Both the position numbers and the translations under genes were made by a program. The notes under the pieces were generated by a model. It searched no databases. It was not told the DNA's origin and worked only from the letters and a program-made list of their open reading frames with translations. 64,000 bases of DNA, taken from contig DATAAM010000066.1 of assembly GCA_036260075.1 (NCBI GenBank), forward strand, positions 4,226-68,225. The letters run 5' to 3'. Shown here in pieces: positions 10,954-19,781 of this stretch. Source of the DNA: Acidimicrobiales bacterium (GTDB lineage Bacteria > Actinomycetota > Acidimicrobiia > Acidimicrobiales > JAHWLA01). How positions within the stretch are numbered: position 1 is the first letter of the stretch; each line of letters opens with the position of its first letter.

Positions 10954-12749
10954 AGCTCGGTCTCGGCCTCCACGACCACGCCTTCGCGCAGGTCGACCAC
11001 GTGCGGCTCGGCCTTCTGCAGCACGGCGATGATGTCCTCGCCGATGAGCTCGTCGTGCTCGAGCAGCGCGTCGCGCAGGGCCTCAACCAGGTGCCGGTTC
11101 TCCGACAGCATCTTGGTGACCTCGTCCTTCGCCGCCGCGAGGATCGACTCCACCGCGTCGCGGGTGCGGTCGTCGGAGAGCACCTTGGTGACGACGTTGG
11201 CCCCGGGCGGCCCCGCCGCCGCCTCCAGCGAGATGAGCGAGCCGGCCATGCCGAAGCTGCCGACCATCTGGGCCGCTGCCGACGTGGCCGCCTGGAGGTC
11301 GCCGCCGGGCCCGCTGCTCGACTCGCCGAAGAACAGCTCCTCGGCCACCATGCCACCGAAGGCGATCTGGATCAGCGACTCGATCTCCGACTTCGTGCGG
11401 GTGTAGCGCTCCTCCAGCTCGGAGTGCGCCAGGAGCCCGAGCGCTTGGCCCCGCTTGATGATCGAGAGGACCTCGAGCTTGCGGCCCTTGCCCACCAGGT
11501 AGGCGACGGTGGCATGGCCCGCCTCGTGGGTGGCGATCGTGCGCCGCTCGGCCTCGGTGTACTCCACCGGTTGCTTGAGGCCCAGCTCCTCGGTCATGCG
11601 GGCCTGCTGGATGTCGTCCCAGTTGAGGCGAGAGCCGCCGCGGCGCAGCGCCCACACCAGCGCTTCGTCGAGCAGGTGCTCGATCATCACCGGCGAGTAG
11701 CCGAACGTCATGGCGGCCAGCGTGTCGCGCGCCTCCGGCCGGTCGAGGTCGGCGTCGTGCGCCTTCTTGGCCAGGTAGTAGTCGATGATCTCCCGCCGTC
11801 CCGACCGGCTGGGCAGGTCGAAGTAGATCGAGCGGTCGAAGCGCCCCGGCCGCAGCAGCGCGGGGTCGAGGTCGTCCTTGCGGTTGGTGGCCCCGATGAC
11901 CAGGAGGTTGGCGGGCTCGGGGACCGGCTTGCGCAGCTGGCGGTGGGCGGGCAGCCAGCGGTTGAGCTGGTCGATGAACCACCCCTGGAAGCGCTGGCCG
12001 CCGGTGGGCTGGTCGAACGACTGGAGCTGGATGAGCAGCTCGTTCACCACGCCCGAGATGCCCTCGCGGCCGCCGCCCGATCCCATGCCTTGGCGGGCCG
12101 AGCCGATGGCGTCGATCTCCTCGATGAAGCCGACGGCGCCGCCCTCGCGGCGTGCCGCCGTGCGCATGGCCTTGAAGTAGTTGCGGATCTTGCGGTTGGT
12201 CTGGCCGTAGTACATCGACTGGAACGCCGACGACGACACGAAGAAGAACGGCACGCCCGCCTCGCGTGCCATGGCCTTGGCGAGGTAGGTCTTGCCGGTG
12301 CCGGGCGGCCCCTCGAAGAGGATGGCCCGCCGGGCCGTGCCGCCCATCCGCTCCTTGAACGTGCGGTGGGCGAGGAAGAGGTTGAGCGTCTTCACCACTT
12401 CCTCGACGACGACGGGCATGCCCTTCACGTCGTCGAAGGACGTCGTGAGCTCCGACGGCCGGTAGAGGACGTGGGGCGATCGGCCCGCCGCCAACAGCGG
12501 CACCAGCAGCACCGCGCCCAGCAGCACCACGAGGATCAGGGCGGGCATGAGCTCGACGGGCACGGGGTTGCGGATGCCGAACTTCACCGGGTTGCCTGTG
12601 GCGAAGCGCACCCACATCCACAGCGTGAGCGGCGTCAGGACGAAGGCCAACCGGGTCAAGCGCGACTGGCGGTTGCGCTCACGGGTGACGGCGACATCGG
12701 CCGCCGCGTCACGGAGCACTGCTGCCTGTCCGATCCGTTTGAGGTCCAT
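10950..12749 (-). CDS. FtsH-like AAA+ zinc metalloprotease paralogue
   Basis: Contains Walker A GPPGTGKT, Walker B IEEIDAIG, RPGRFDR and the M41 zinc motif HEAGHA. The ATG at 12749 is preceded by GGAG with 7-nt spacing. The track ORF extends to 13985, but that N-terminal part is Arg/Gly-rich shadow. Confidence 0.85.
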
Positions 12750-12860
12750 GGCCACGCTCCGTCCCGTTCCTTGGCCACTCATTGTGGCAAACGAACGAGG
12801 GCCGGGACAGCCCCAGTACGGGGGAATTCCGACCGGCTTGGTCGGGTTTACACTGGTGCC

Positions 12861-13592
12861 ATGCCCGGCACCCCGCCTCCCATCGACCCCCGGGGCCCCC
12901 GCTTCAACCAAGCGGTGCTCACGGCGGCGCTCGTCGCCGGGTTCCTGGCCGACGCCCGCTGGGTGGTGCCGGTGTGGGCCGGGGTCCTGTTCCTGGGCGC
13001 CGCCTTCGGGCCCCGCTACGGGCCGTTCCTCCGCCTCTACGCCGACGTGGTGCGCCCACGGCTGCGCCCGCCCGCCGACCTCGAGGATCCCCGCCCGCCC
13101 CGCTTCGCCGCCGCCGTGGGGGTGGCCTTCCTGGTGGCCGCCGCCGTGGCGTTCGCAGCGGGCGCTGTGGGCCTGGGTTGGGCGCTGGCCTTGGTGGTGG
13201 CCGCCTTGGCGGCGTTGGCCGCCGTCACCGGCATCTGCGTGGGTTGCGAGATCTACCTGTGGCTGGTGCTGGGACGGCGCAAGGCCACCGGGGCCGCGGC
13301 GCGGGTGCCCGCCCACATCGTCGACGGCGCCGAGCGCACGTGGGTGGTGTTCACCACGCCGTACTGCGCCTCGTGCGGGCCGGTCGCCGAACGGCTGCGG
13401 GCGGGCGACCCGGGCGCTCGGGTGGTGACCGTCGACGCCACCGAGGACCCCGACCTGGCCGACGCCTTCGCCGTGCGTCGGGCGCCCACCGTGCTGCTGG
13501 CCGACGCCGCGGGCGAGGTGCAGGCCCGCCTGGTGGGGCCGGCCGCGGTGGAAGGCTACGTGAAGGCGGGCCGCTCCACGGCCGCCCGCTGA
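12861..13592 (+). CDS. membrane DUF4395-like domain fused to a thioredoxin-like domain (CASC)
   Basis: The ATG at 12861 gives PRGPRFNQAVLTAALVAGFL..., four hydrophobic segments and the CVGCEIY motif. A C-terminal WVVFTTPYCASCGPV thioredoxin fold follows. The gene is embedded in a 1141-aa shadow ORF in the track. Confidence 0.7.
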   Translation: MPGTPPPIDPRGPRFNQAVLTAALVAGFLADARWVVPVWAGVLFLGAAFGPRYGPFLRLYADVVRPRLRPPADLEDPRPPRFAAAVGVAFLVAAAVAFAAGAVGLGWALALVVAALAALAAVTGICVGCEIYLWLVLGRRKATGAAARVPAHIVDGAERTWVVFTTPYCASCGPVAERLRAGDPGARVVTVDATEDPDLADAFAVRRAPTVLLADAAGEVQARLVGPAAVEGYVKAGRSTAAR

Positions 13593-14089
13593 GGCAGCGA
13601 GCGGTCGCGGCCCGACAGCACCGGGTCGGCCACGCCCCAGTCGGCGCCGACCTCGGGGTCGTCCCAGGCCACGCCCAGCTCGTCGTCGGGGTCGTAGTAG
13701 CCGTCCACGAGGTAGGTGAGCACCACGTCGGTGAGCGCGGCGAACCCGTGGCCTACGCCGGGCGGGATGTACAGCCCGGTGGGCTCCCCGCCGTCGAGGT
13801 CGAGCATGAGCGTCGCACCCTCGGTGGGCGACCCCACCCGCAGGTCGTGGAGGACGACCCGGGCCCGGCCCGACACCACGTGCCAGTAGTCGGCCTGGCG
13901 CCGGTGGAAGTGCAGGCCCACGACCGCGCCTGCCTGCTTCTCGGAGCGGTTCGCCTGCACCATCTCGCGAGCGCCCGGGACCCACTCGCGCCGGTACGTC
14001 TCCACGAACCGCCCACGAGCGTCGCCGTGGGCGTCGAGGCCGACGACGAAGACGCCCTCGATCGCCTCGGCCTTGTCGACGGTGGGCAC
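13556..14089 (-). CDS. rmlC: dTDP-4-dehydrorhamnose 3,5-epimerase-like cupin
   Basis: 177 aa. DARGRFVETYR, GLHFHRRQADYWHVVSGRARVVLHDLR and IPPGVGHGF are RmlC-type motifs. Confidence 0.8.
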   Translation of the reverse strand: MPTVDKAEAIEGVFVVGLDAHGDARGRFVETYRREWVPGAREMVQANRSEKQAGAVVGLHFHRRQADYWHVVSGRARVVLHDLRVGSPTEGATLMLDLDGGEPTGLYIPPGVGHGFAALTDVVLTYLVDGYYDPDDELGVAWDDPEVGADWGVADPVLSGRDRSLPQRAAVERPAFT

Positions 14090-14093
14090 GCGG

Positions 14094-14414
14094 TCATATG
14101 AGCATCCCGGCCACGGCCAGCGCCAACAGCGCGACGTTGCGAGCCACCGTCCGCCCGGTCACCGGCCGCCGCGAGAGCCGGCCGAAGCAGCCGCACGGCT
14201 CCCGGTCGCCCGCCCGCACCCGCCGCGCCACCACCACGGTGAAGGCGGCCAGCAGGACGGCCGCCGCGCCCGCCGTCCACCGCCCGCCCACGCCGGTGAC
14301 GAGCAGGGCGCCCAGCACGACCTCGGTGACGGCCATCGCCGGGTGGGACCGGTCGGCCAGCTTGGCCACGCCCGCCACCAGGAGCACGACGCCGACGGCG
14401 AGGCGGGCGGGCAT
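14094..14414 (-). CDS. MauE/DoxX-like redox-associated membrane protein
   Basis: 106 aa and hydrophobic, with the CGCFG motif typical of the MauE family. It is shorter than usual. Confidence 0.65.
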   Translation of the reverse strand: MPARLAVGVVLLVAGVAKLADRSHPAMAVTEVVLGALLVTGVGGRWTAGAAAVLLAAFTVVVARRVRAGDREPCGCFGRLSRRPVTGRTVARNVALLALAVAGMLI

Positions 14415-14927
14415 CTACGGCTCGAAGCGCCCGAAGCCGCCTCGGTAGAAGAGCAGCGGGGTGCCGTCGCGCTCGTGCAGCCCCAGGTCGAGCGCCCGGC
14501 CCACCACGATCGTGTGGTCGCCGCCGTCGTGCTCCGCGTCGAGCCGGCAGTCGATCCAGGCCAGCGCCCCCGACAGGACGGGCGAGCCCGTGCGCGGCGC
14601 GGGCGTCCATCCCACGCCCTCGAACTTCTCGCCGCCTCGTGCGGCGAAGGCGCGGCACAGCGCCTCCTGGCCCTCTTCGAGGATGTTGACGCAGAAGCCG
14701 TCGGCGACGCGCATGCGGGCCCAACTGGTGGACGACTTGGCCGGGCAGAACAGCACGAGCGGCGGGTCGAGCGACAGCGAGGTGAACGACTGCACGGTGA
14801 GCCCGACGGGTCGGCCCTCTTCGAGGCCGGTGACGACGGCGACGCCGCTGCAGAAGTGGCCCAGCACCTGCCGGAAGCGGGCCTCGTCGAACGTGTCGGC
14901 CCCCGCCGATTCGATGTCGTCGCTCAC
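14415..14927 (-). CDS. flavin reductase family protein (NAD(P)H-flavin oxidoreductase)
   Basis: The GTG at 14927 gives FRQVLGHFCSGVAVVTG...GLTVQSFTSLSLDPPLVLFC... These are flavin reductase domain motifs. Confidence 0.85.
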   Translation of the reverse strand: MSDDIESAGADTFDEARFRQVLGHFCSGVAVVTGLEEGRPVGLTVQSFTSLSLDPPLVLFCPAKSSTSWARMRVADGFCVNILEEGQEALCRAFAARGGEKFEGVGWTPAPRTGSPVLSGALAWIDCRLDAEHDGGDHTIVVGRALDLGLHERDGTPLLFYRGGFGRFEP

Positions 14928-14944
14928 GGGCCCGATGCTGCCGG

Positions 14945-15775
14945 CTAGAAGGTGAGCGTCATGCCCTCGTAGGCGGCGGTCACCTCGTCGACGCCGAGGC
15001 GGGCGCCGGTGCGGCGGGCTCCTTCGAGGAGCCGGTCCATCTGGTCGTCGCTGTGGGCGGGGTCGTGGTGGAAGAGGCACAACCGGCGCACGCCGGACTC
15101 GCGGGCCACGAGCACCGCGTAGTCGATCGTGCAGTGGCCCCAGTGCGACTTCTCGGCGAACTCCTCGGGCGTGTACTGCGCGTCGTGGATGAGCAGGTCG
15201 ACGCCCTCGCACAGCTCGACCACGGCGTCGGCGACGGTGTCGAGCCCGAGAGGGGCCTGGTGGTCGCTCACGTAGGCGATGCTCACGCCCTGCCAGTCGA
15301 CGCGGTACCCCAGCGTCGGCCCGCAGTGCGGCACGGGCCGGACCTTGACCTTGGCCGAGCCCACCTCGAAGTCGTCGTCGAGCACGTCGTGGAAGCGGAT
15401 GTCGCCGCGCAGGTCGGAGAACTGCACGGGGAAGTACGGCGGCCGCATGAAGTCGTCGAAGACCTCGGCCAGCGTGCCCCCTTCCTGGGCCGGGCCGTAC
15501 ACGTCGAGCCGGGCGCCGGGGCGGTCGACGGGGGGGAAGAAGGGGAGGCCCTGGACGTGGTCCCAGTGGATGTGGGTGAGGAGCGCAGTGCCGCGGAAGG
15601 TGCCGTCGTGCGGCTGCGAGGCCGCCAGCAGGCGGAGCCCCGTGCCGAGGTCGAAGAGGATCGGGGGCTCGCCCTCGACCTCCAGGGCAACGGACGCGGT
15701 GTTCCCCCCGTAGCGGCGATTTGCCTCACACGGGCAAGGGCACGAACCGCGAACTCCGTAGAACGTCAGCTTCAC
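14945..15775 (-). CDS. MBL-fold metallo-hydrolase
   Basis: The GTG at 15775 gives VKLTFYGVRGS...LTHIHWDHVQGLPFF (the HxHxDH-type motif) ...FHHDP. Confidence 0.8.
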   Translation of the reverse strand: MKLTFYGVRGSCPCPCEANRRYGGNTASVALEVEGEPPILFDLGTGLRLLAASQPHDGTFRGTALLTHIHWDHVQGLPFFPPVDRPGARLDVYGPAQEGGTLAEVFDDFMRPPYFPVQFSDLRGDIRFHDVLDDDFEVGSAKVKVRPVPHCGPTLGYRVDWQGVSIAYVSDHQAPLGLDTVADAVVELCEGVDLLIHDAQYTPEEFAEKSHWGHCTIDYAVLVARESGVRRLCLFHHDPAHSDDQMDRLLEGARRTGARLGVDEVTAAYEGMTLTF

Positions 15776-15846
15776 GCAGGTCCCCCCTGTCGTCACCGGC
15801 AGGTTACCTGCGGTCAGCGACCGACGGGCAGCGTGTGACCGAAGTC

Positions 15847-16956
15847 TCAGCGAGCCCCGGTACCCACCAACCCGCGCTGCTGGAGCATGACCTTGAGGTC
15901 GTGGGGGTTGGAGGCCGCCATCATGGCGCCGCGCAGGTCGATCTTGCCCTGCTCGTAGAGCTCGACCAGCGACTGGTCGAAGGTGAGCATGCCGTAGTAC
16001 TCGCCTTCCTGGATGATCTCGTGGATGTCGCCGGTCTTGTGCGGGTCGATGATGCACTGCTGGATGCGGCCGTTGACCACCATCACCTCCATGGCGGGCA
16101 CGCGGCCCTTGCCGTCGGCGGTGGGCACGAGCCGCTGGCAGATCGTCCCGCGCAACGCGCCCGCCAACGCCACCCGCACCTGGTTCTGCTGGTGGGGCGG
16201 GAAGAAGTCGACGATGCGGTTCACCGTCTCGGTGGCGTCGATGGTGTGGAGGGTCGAGAACACGAGGTGGCCGGTCTCGGCAGCCGACAGCGCGGCGGCG
16301 ACCGTCTCCTGGTCGCGCATCTCGCCCACGAGGATCACATCCGGGTCCTGACGCATGGCAGCGCGCATGGCGGAGGCGAAGTCCTGCGTGTCGAACCCGA
16401 TCTCCCGCTGGTTGATCTCGGCCAGCGAGTCGCGGTGCAGCACCTCGATGGGGTCCTCGATGGTGACGATGTGCACTTCGCGGTTCTGGTTGATGTGGTC
16501 GATCATCGCCGCCAGGGTGGTGGTCTTCCCCGAGCCGGTGGGGCCGGTGACGAGCACGAGGCCGCGGTGCTCCGAGGCGAGCCGGCCCACCACGTCGGGC
16601 AGGTTGAGCTCGTCGAAGGAGGCGGCGGACGTGCGCACCCGGCGGAACACCATCGCCACCGAGCCGCGCTGGCGGAACACGTTCACGCGGAACCGGCCGC
16701 AGCCGGGGATGGCATAGGCGAAGTCGGCTTCGTTGCGCACGGAGAACTGCTGGGCGACGTCGTCGCGCATGATGGCGGAGGCCATCTCCGCGGTTGTCTC
16801 GTTCGTCAGCCGTTCCTCGCCGTCGAGCTTCTGCAGGTCCCCGTGGACCCGGATGCGGGGCGGCGAGCCCGCCTTGATGTGGAGGTCGGACGCGTCCAGC
16901 GGCTCCATGGCGCGCAGCAATCGGTCGAGCCATTCGTGGGCCATGTAGCAGTTCAT
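15847..16956 (-). CDS. pilT: type IV pilus twitching-motility ATPase PilT
   Basis: 369 aa with Walker A GPTGSGKTTT, the IVTIEDPIE Asp box, GEMRD and the His box LVFSTLHT. Confidence 0.9.
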   Translation of the reverse strand: MNCYMAHEWLDRLLRAMEPLDASDLHIKAGSPPRIRVHGDLQKLDGEERLTNETTAEMASAIMRDDVAQQFSVRNEADFAYAIPGCGRFRVNVFRQRGSVAMVFRRVRTSAASFDELNLPDVVGRLASEHRGLVLVTGPTGSGKTTTLAAMIDHINQNREVHIVTIEDPIEVLHRDSLAEINQREIGFDTQDFASAMRAAMRQDPDVILVGEMRDQETVAAALSAAETGHLVFSTLHTIDATETVNRIVDFFPPHQQNQVRVALAGALRGTICQRLVPTADGKGRVPAMEVMVVNGRIQQCIIDPHKTGDIHEIIQEGEYYGMLTFDQSLVELYEQGKIDLRGAMMAASNPHDLKVMLQQRGLVGTGAR

Positions 16957-16998
16957 CGGCGCCCCGACGCGGCGAGTTGACCGATAACCTCACGCTCC

Positions 16999-17814
16999 GT
17001 GCACGAGGGGGAGGTGGTCGTCGGCGACCTGCGGGTCGCCTTCCTGGAGGAGGGACCCTCCGACGGTCCGCTGGCCGTGTGCCTGCACGGCTTCCCCGGC
17101 TGCGCGTGGACCTGGCGGTTCCTGCTCCCGGCGCTGGCCGAGGCGGGCTTCTGGGCCGTGGCGCCCTGGCTGCGCGGCTATGCGCCGACGGCTGTGCCCG
17201 CCGACGGCCGGTACGGCACGGCGGCCTTGGCGGCCGACGCCAACGGGCTGCACGAGGTGCTCGGCGGCGACGGGCGGGCCGTGCTGGTGGGCCACGACTG
17301 GGGCGCGGTCGCCGCCTACGGGGCTGCCACCACGGCGCCCGAGCGTTGGTCCCGCCTGGTGACGGCGGCGGTGCCCCGGCCGTCCACGTGGGGCACCCGC
17401 TTCCTCTCCTACGACCAGCTCCGGCGCAGCTGGTACATCTTCTTCTTCCAAAGCGGCTTCGCCGAGACGGCGGTGGCGGCCGACGACCTGGCCTTCGTCG
17501 ACCGGTTGTGGGCCGACTGGTCCCCCGGCTACGACGCCGCCGACGACCTGCCCCGGGTGAAGGAGGCGCTGCGGTCGCCCGAGCACCTGGCCGCCGCCGT
17601 CGGCTACTACCGGGCCATGTTCGACCCCGCCGCCGAGGGCGCGCCCGACGGGCCGTTCCCGCAGCCGTGGCTCTACCTGCACGGCGACGACGACGGCTGC
17701 CTGGGCGTCGAGCTGGCCCCGCCCGAGGCGGTGGTGCTGAAGGGCGCCGGCCACTTCCTCCACGTGGAGCAGCCGGAGGAGTTCAACCGGCGCGTGCTGG
17801 AGTTCCTCTCGTGA
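16999..17814 (+). CDS. alpha/beta hydrolase (epoxide-hydrolase-like)
   Basis: 271 aa with LHGFPGCAWTWRF and the nucleophile elbow VGHDWGA. The stop overlaps the next start (GTGA). Confidence 0.85.
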   Translation: MHEGEVVVGDLRVAFLEEGPSDGPLAVCLHGFPGCAWTWRFLLPALAEAGFWAVAPWLRGYAPTAVPADGRYGTAALAADANGLHEVLGGDGRAVLVGHDWGAVAAYGAATTAPERWSRLVTAAVPRPSTWGTRFLSYDQLRRSWYIFFFQSGFAETAVAADDLAFVDRLWADWSPGYDAADDLPRVKEALRSPEHLAAAVGYYRAMFDPAAEGAPDGPFPQPWLYLHGDDDGCLGVELAPPEAVVLKGAGHFLHVEQPEEFNRRVLEFLS

Positions 17815-19199
17815 CGGTGGCCCTGCCCGACGGCCTGGTGGCGGTGGTCAAGCACGACTGCCCCACGTGCCGCCTGGTGGCGCCGGTGCTGGCGTCCCTG
17901 GGCGCCCACCTGGTGTCGGAGGACACCGACGAGGGCCTGGAGACGTCCTTCCACTTGGGCGTGGAGGTGGTGCCCACGCTGCTGCGGGTGGAGGAGGGCT
18001 CGATCGTGGCCCGCACCGAGGGTTGGATGCGGGAGAAGTGGGAGGAGCTCACCGGGCAGTCGGGCCTCGCCCCCGAGCTGCCCGACTTCCGGCCCGGGTG
18101 CGGGTCCCGCACGCTCGACCCCAGCGTGGCCGAGGAGCTGGCCGTGCGCTTCGGCGGGTCGACTCTGCGGTCGCGGCGGGTGGAGATCGCGTCGCTCGAG
18201 GACGAGATGGAGGCCATGTTCGACCGGGGCTGGTCGGACGGCCTGCCGGTGGTGCCGCCCACCGAGGCGCGCGTGCTGCGGATGCTCGAGGGCACGTCAC
18301 GGCTGCCCGACGAGGTGGTGGCCGTGGTCCCGCCCGACCTGGTGGAGTGCACCGTCGAGAAGGTGGCGGTCAACGCCGTGCTGGCCGGGTGCAAGCCGGA
18401 GTACCTGCCGGTGGTGCTGGCCGCGGTGGAGGCCGCCTGCACCGAGGAGTTCAACGCCCACGGCTTGTTGTGCACCACCTGGTTCTCGGGGCCGGTGGTG
18501 GTGGTGAACGGGCCGATCGCCAAGGCCATCGGCATGAACAGCGGCTTCAACGCGCTGGGCCAGGGCAACCGGGCGAACGCCACCATCGGGCGGGCGTTGC
18601 AGTTGGTGATCCGCAACGTGGGCGGGGGGCGGCCGGGCGAGATCGACCGGGCCACCCTGGGTTCGCCGGGCAAGTACACGTTCTGCTTCGCCGAGGCCGA
18701 GGACGGCTCGCCGTTCGAGCCGCTGTCGGTGTCGCGGGGCCTGCGGGCCGGGACCTCGGCGGTCACGCTGTTCGCGGGCGGCGGCGTGCAGGGCGTGATC
18801 GACCAGCTGTCGCGCACGCCGGAGTCGTTGGCGCGCTCGCTGGCCCTGTCGTTGCGCACGGTGGCCCACGCCAAGCTGGCCATCGCCTTCGACGCCATGC
18901 TCGTGATCGCGCCCGAGCACGGCCGGGTGTTCAAGGAGGCGGGCTGGGACCGTGCTCGGCTGGTGGCCGAGCTGGAGGCGCTGTTGCAGCTTCCGGGCTC
19001 GGAGATCGTGCGGGGGGCGGGCGGCATCGCCGAGGGCGTGCCCGAGGTGTTCGCCGAGTCCACGCTGCCGAAGTTCCGCCCCGGCGGGCTCCTGTTGGTG
19101 CACGCGGGCGGCAGCGCCGGGCTGTTCTCCGGGATCATCGGCGGGTGGGCGAGCGGGAAGCTGGGCTCCGAGCCCGTCACCAGGGAGGTGCGTCCATGA
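17811..19199 (+). CDS. thioredoxin-fold (CPTC) N-terminal domain fused to a roughly 370-aa domain I cannot assign
   Basis: The GTG at 17811 gives VTVALPDGLVAVVKHDCPTCRLVAPVL... followed by GWSDGLPVVPPTEARVLRML... The sequence is clean GC3-rich coding. The stop overlaps the next ATG (ATGA). Confidence 0.75.
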   Translation: MTVALPDGLVAVVKHDCPTCRLVAPVLASLGAHLVSEDTDEGLETSFHLGVEVVPTLLRVEEGSIVARTEGWMREKWEELTGQSGLAPELPDFRPGCGSRTLDPSVAEELAVRFGGSTLRSRRVEIASLEDEMEAMFDRGWSDGLPVVPPTEARVLRMLEGTSRLPDEVVAVVPPDLVECTVEKVAVNAVLAGCKPEYLPVVLAAVEAACTEEFNAHGLLCTTWFSGPVVVVNGPIAKAIGMNSGFNALGQGNRANATIGRALQLVIRNVGGGRPGEIDRATLGSPGKYTFCFAEAEDGSPFEPLSVSRGLRAGTSAVTLFAGGGVQGVIDQLSRTPESLARSLALSLRTVAHAKLAIAFDAMLVIAPEHGRVFKEAGWDRARLVAELEALLQLPGSEIVRGAGGIAEGVPEVFAESTLPKFRPGGLLLVHAGGSAGLFSGIIGGWASGKLGSEPVTREVRP

Positions 19200-19708
19200 A
19201 GGTGCTCGACCCGACGGGGGAACGGTCGCCCGCCACCCGAGCCGCCGCTCCCCGGCCTGAGTCGCTCGACGGGCTGACTGTCGGGCTGCTCGACATCTCC
19301 AAGGCCCGGGGCGACGTGTTCCTCGACCGGCTGGAGGAGCGGCTTCGGGAGCGGGGGCTCACGACGGCCCGCTTCATGAAGCCCACGTTCACCAAGCCCG
19401 CGCCGGTCGACCTGCGCCACGAGATCGCCACACGATGCGACGTGGTGATCGAGGCACTGGCCGACTGAGGCTCGTGCACGTCGTGCAGTGTGCACGACAT
19501 CGTGGATCTCGAAGGGCGGGGCGTGCCGGGCGTGTTCGTGGCGTCCGACGAGTTCGCCGAGGCGGCCGAGACACAGTCACGCGCCCTCGGCTTCCGCCCG
19601 CAGTGGGTGCTCGTCCCCCACCCCATCCAGGACCGCACCGACGCCGAGGTGCAGGCCCTGGCAGACTCCGTGGTCGACGCGGTCCTCCGCGCCCTCTCTT
19701 CCCCCTGA
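19196..19708 (+). CDS. UGSC-motif selenoprotein; in-frame UGA (Sec) at 19466-19468
   Basis: Track ORFs ending at 19468 and starting at 19490 share one frame. Read-through gives ...EALAD-U-GSCTSCSVHDIVDLEG... A stem-loop begins 11 nt after the UGA. The ATG at 19196 is coupled to the upstream gene. Confidence 0.75.
19480..19498 (+). promoter_or_regulatory. candidate bacterial SECIS stem-loop for UGA 19466
   Basis: GTCGTGCA-GTG-TGCACGAC forms an 8-bp perfect stem. An alternative register pairs 19472-19479 with 19490-19497. The stem starts 11 nt 3' of the UGA and the apical region contains GU. Confidence 0.6.
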
Positions 19709-19716
19709 CCACCCCT

Positions 19717-19765
19717 GTTTTGGGCACGGTTACCCGCGCATACAGCGGCAAACCGTGCCCAAAAC
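19717..19765. repeat. 15-bp perfect inverted repeat (stem-loop) between the selenoprotein operon and the next gene
   Basis: GTTTTGGGCACGGTT (19717-19731) and AACCGTGCCCAAAAC (19751-19765) are separated by a 19-nt loop. There is no U-tract after the stem. Confidence 0.6.
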
Positions 19766-19781
19766 CGAGGAAGGAGGAGAG

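Noticed and set aside
16977-16982. A TTGACC between pilT and the hydrolase operon, considered as a -35 box.
   Set aside because: Only 16 nt separate it from the GTG start, and no -10-like hexamer lies at a workable spacing.
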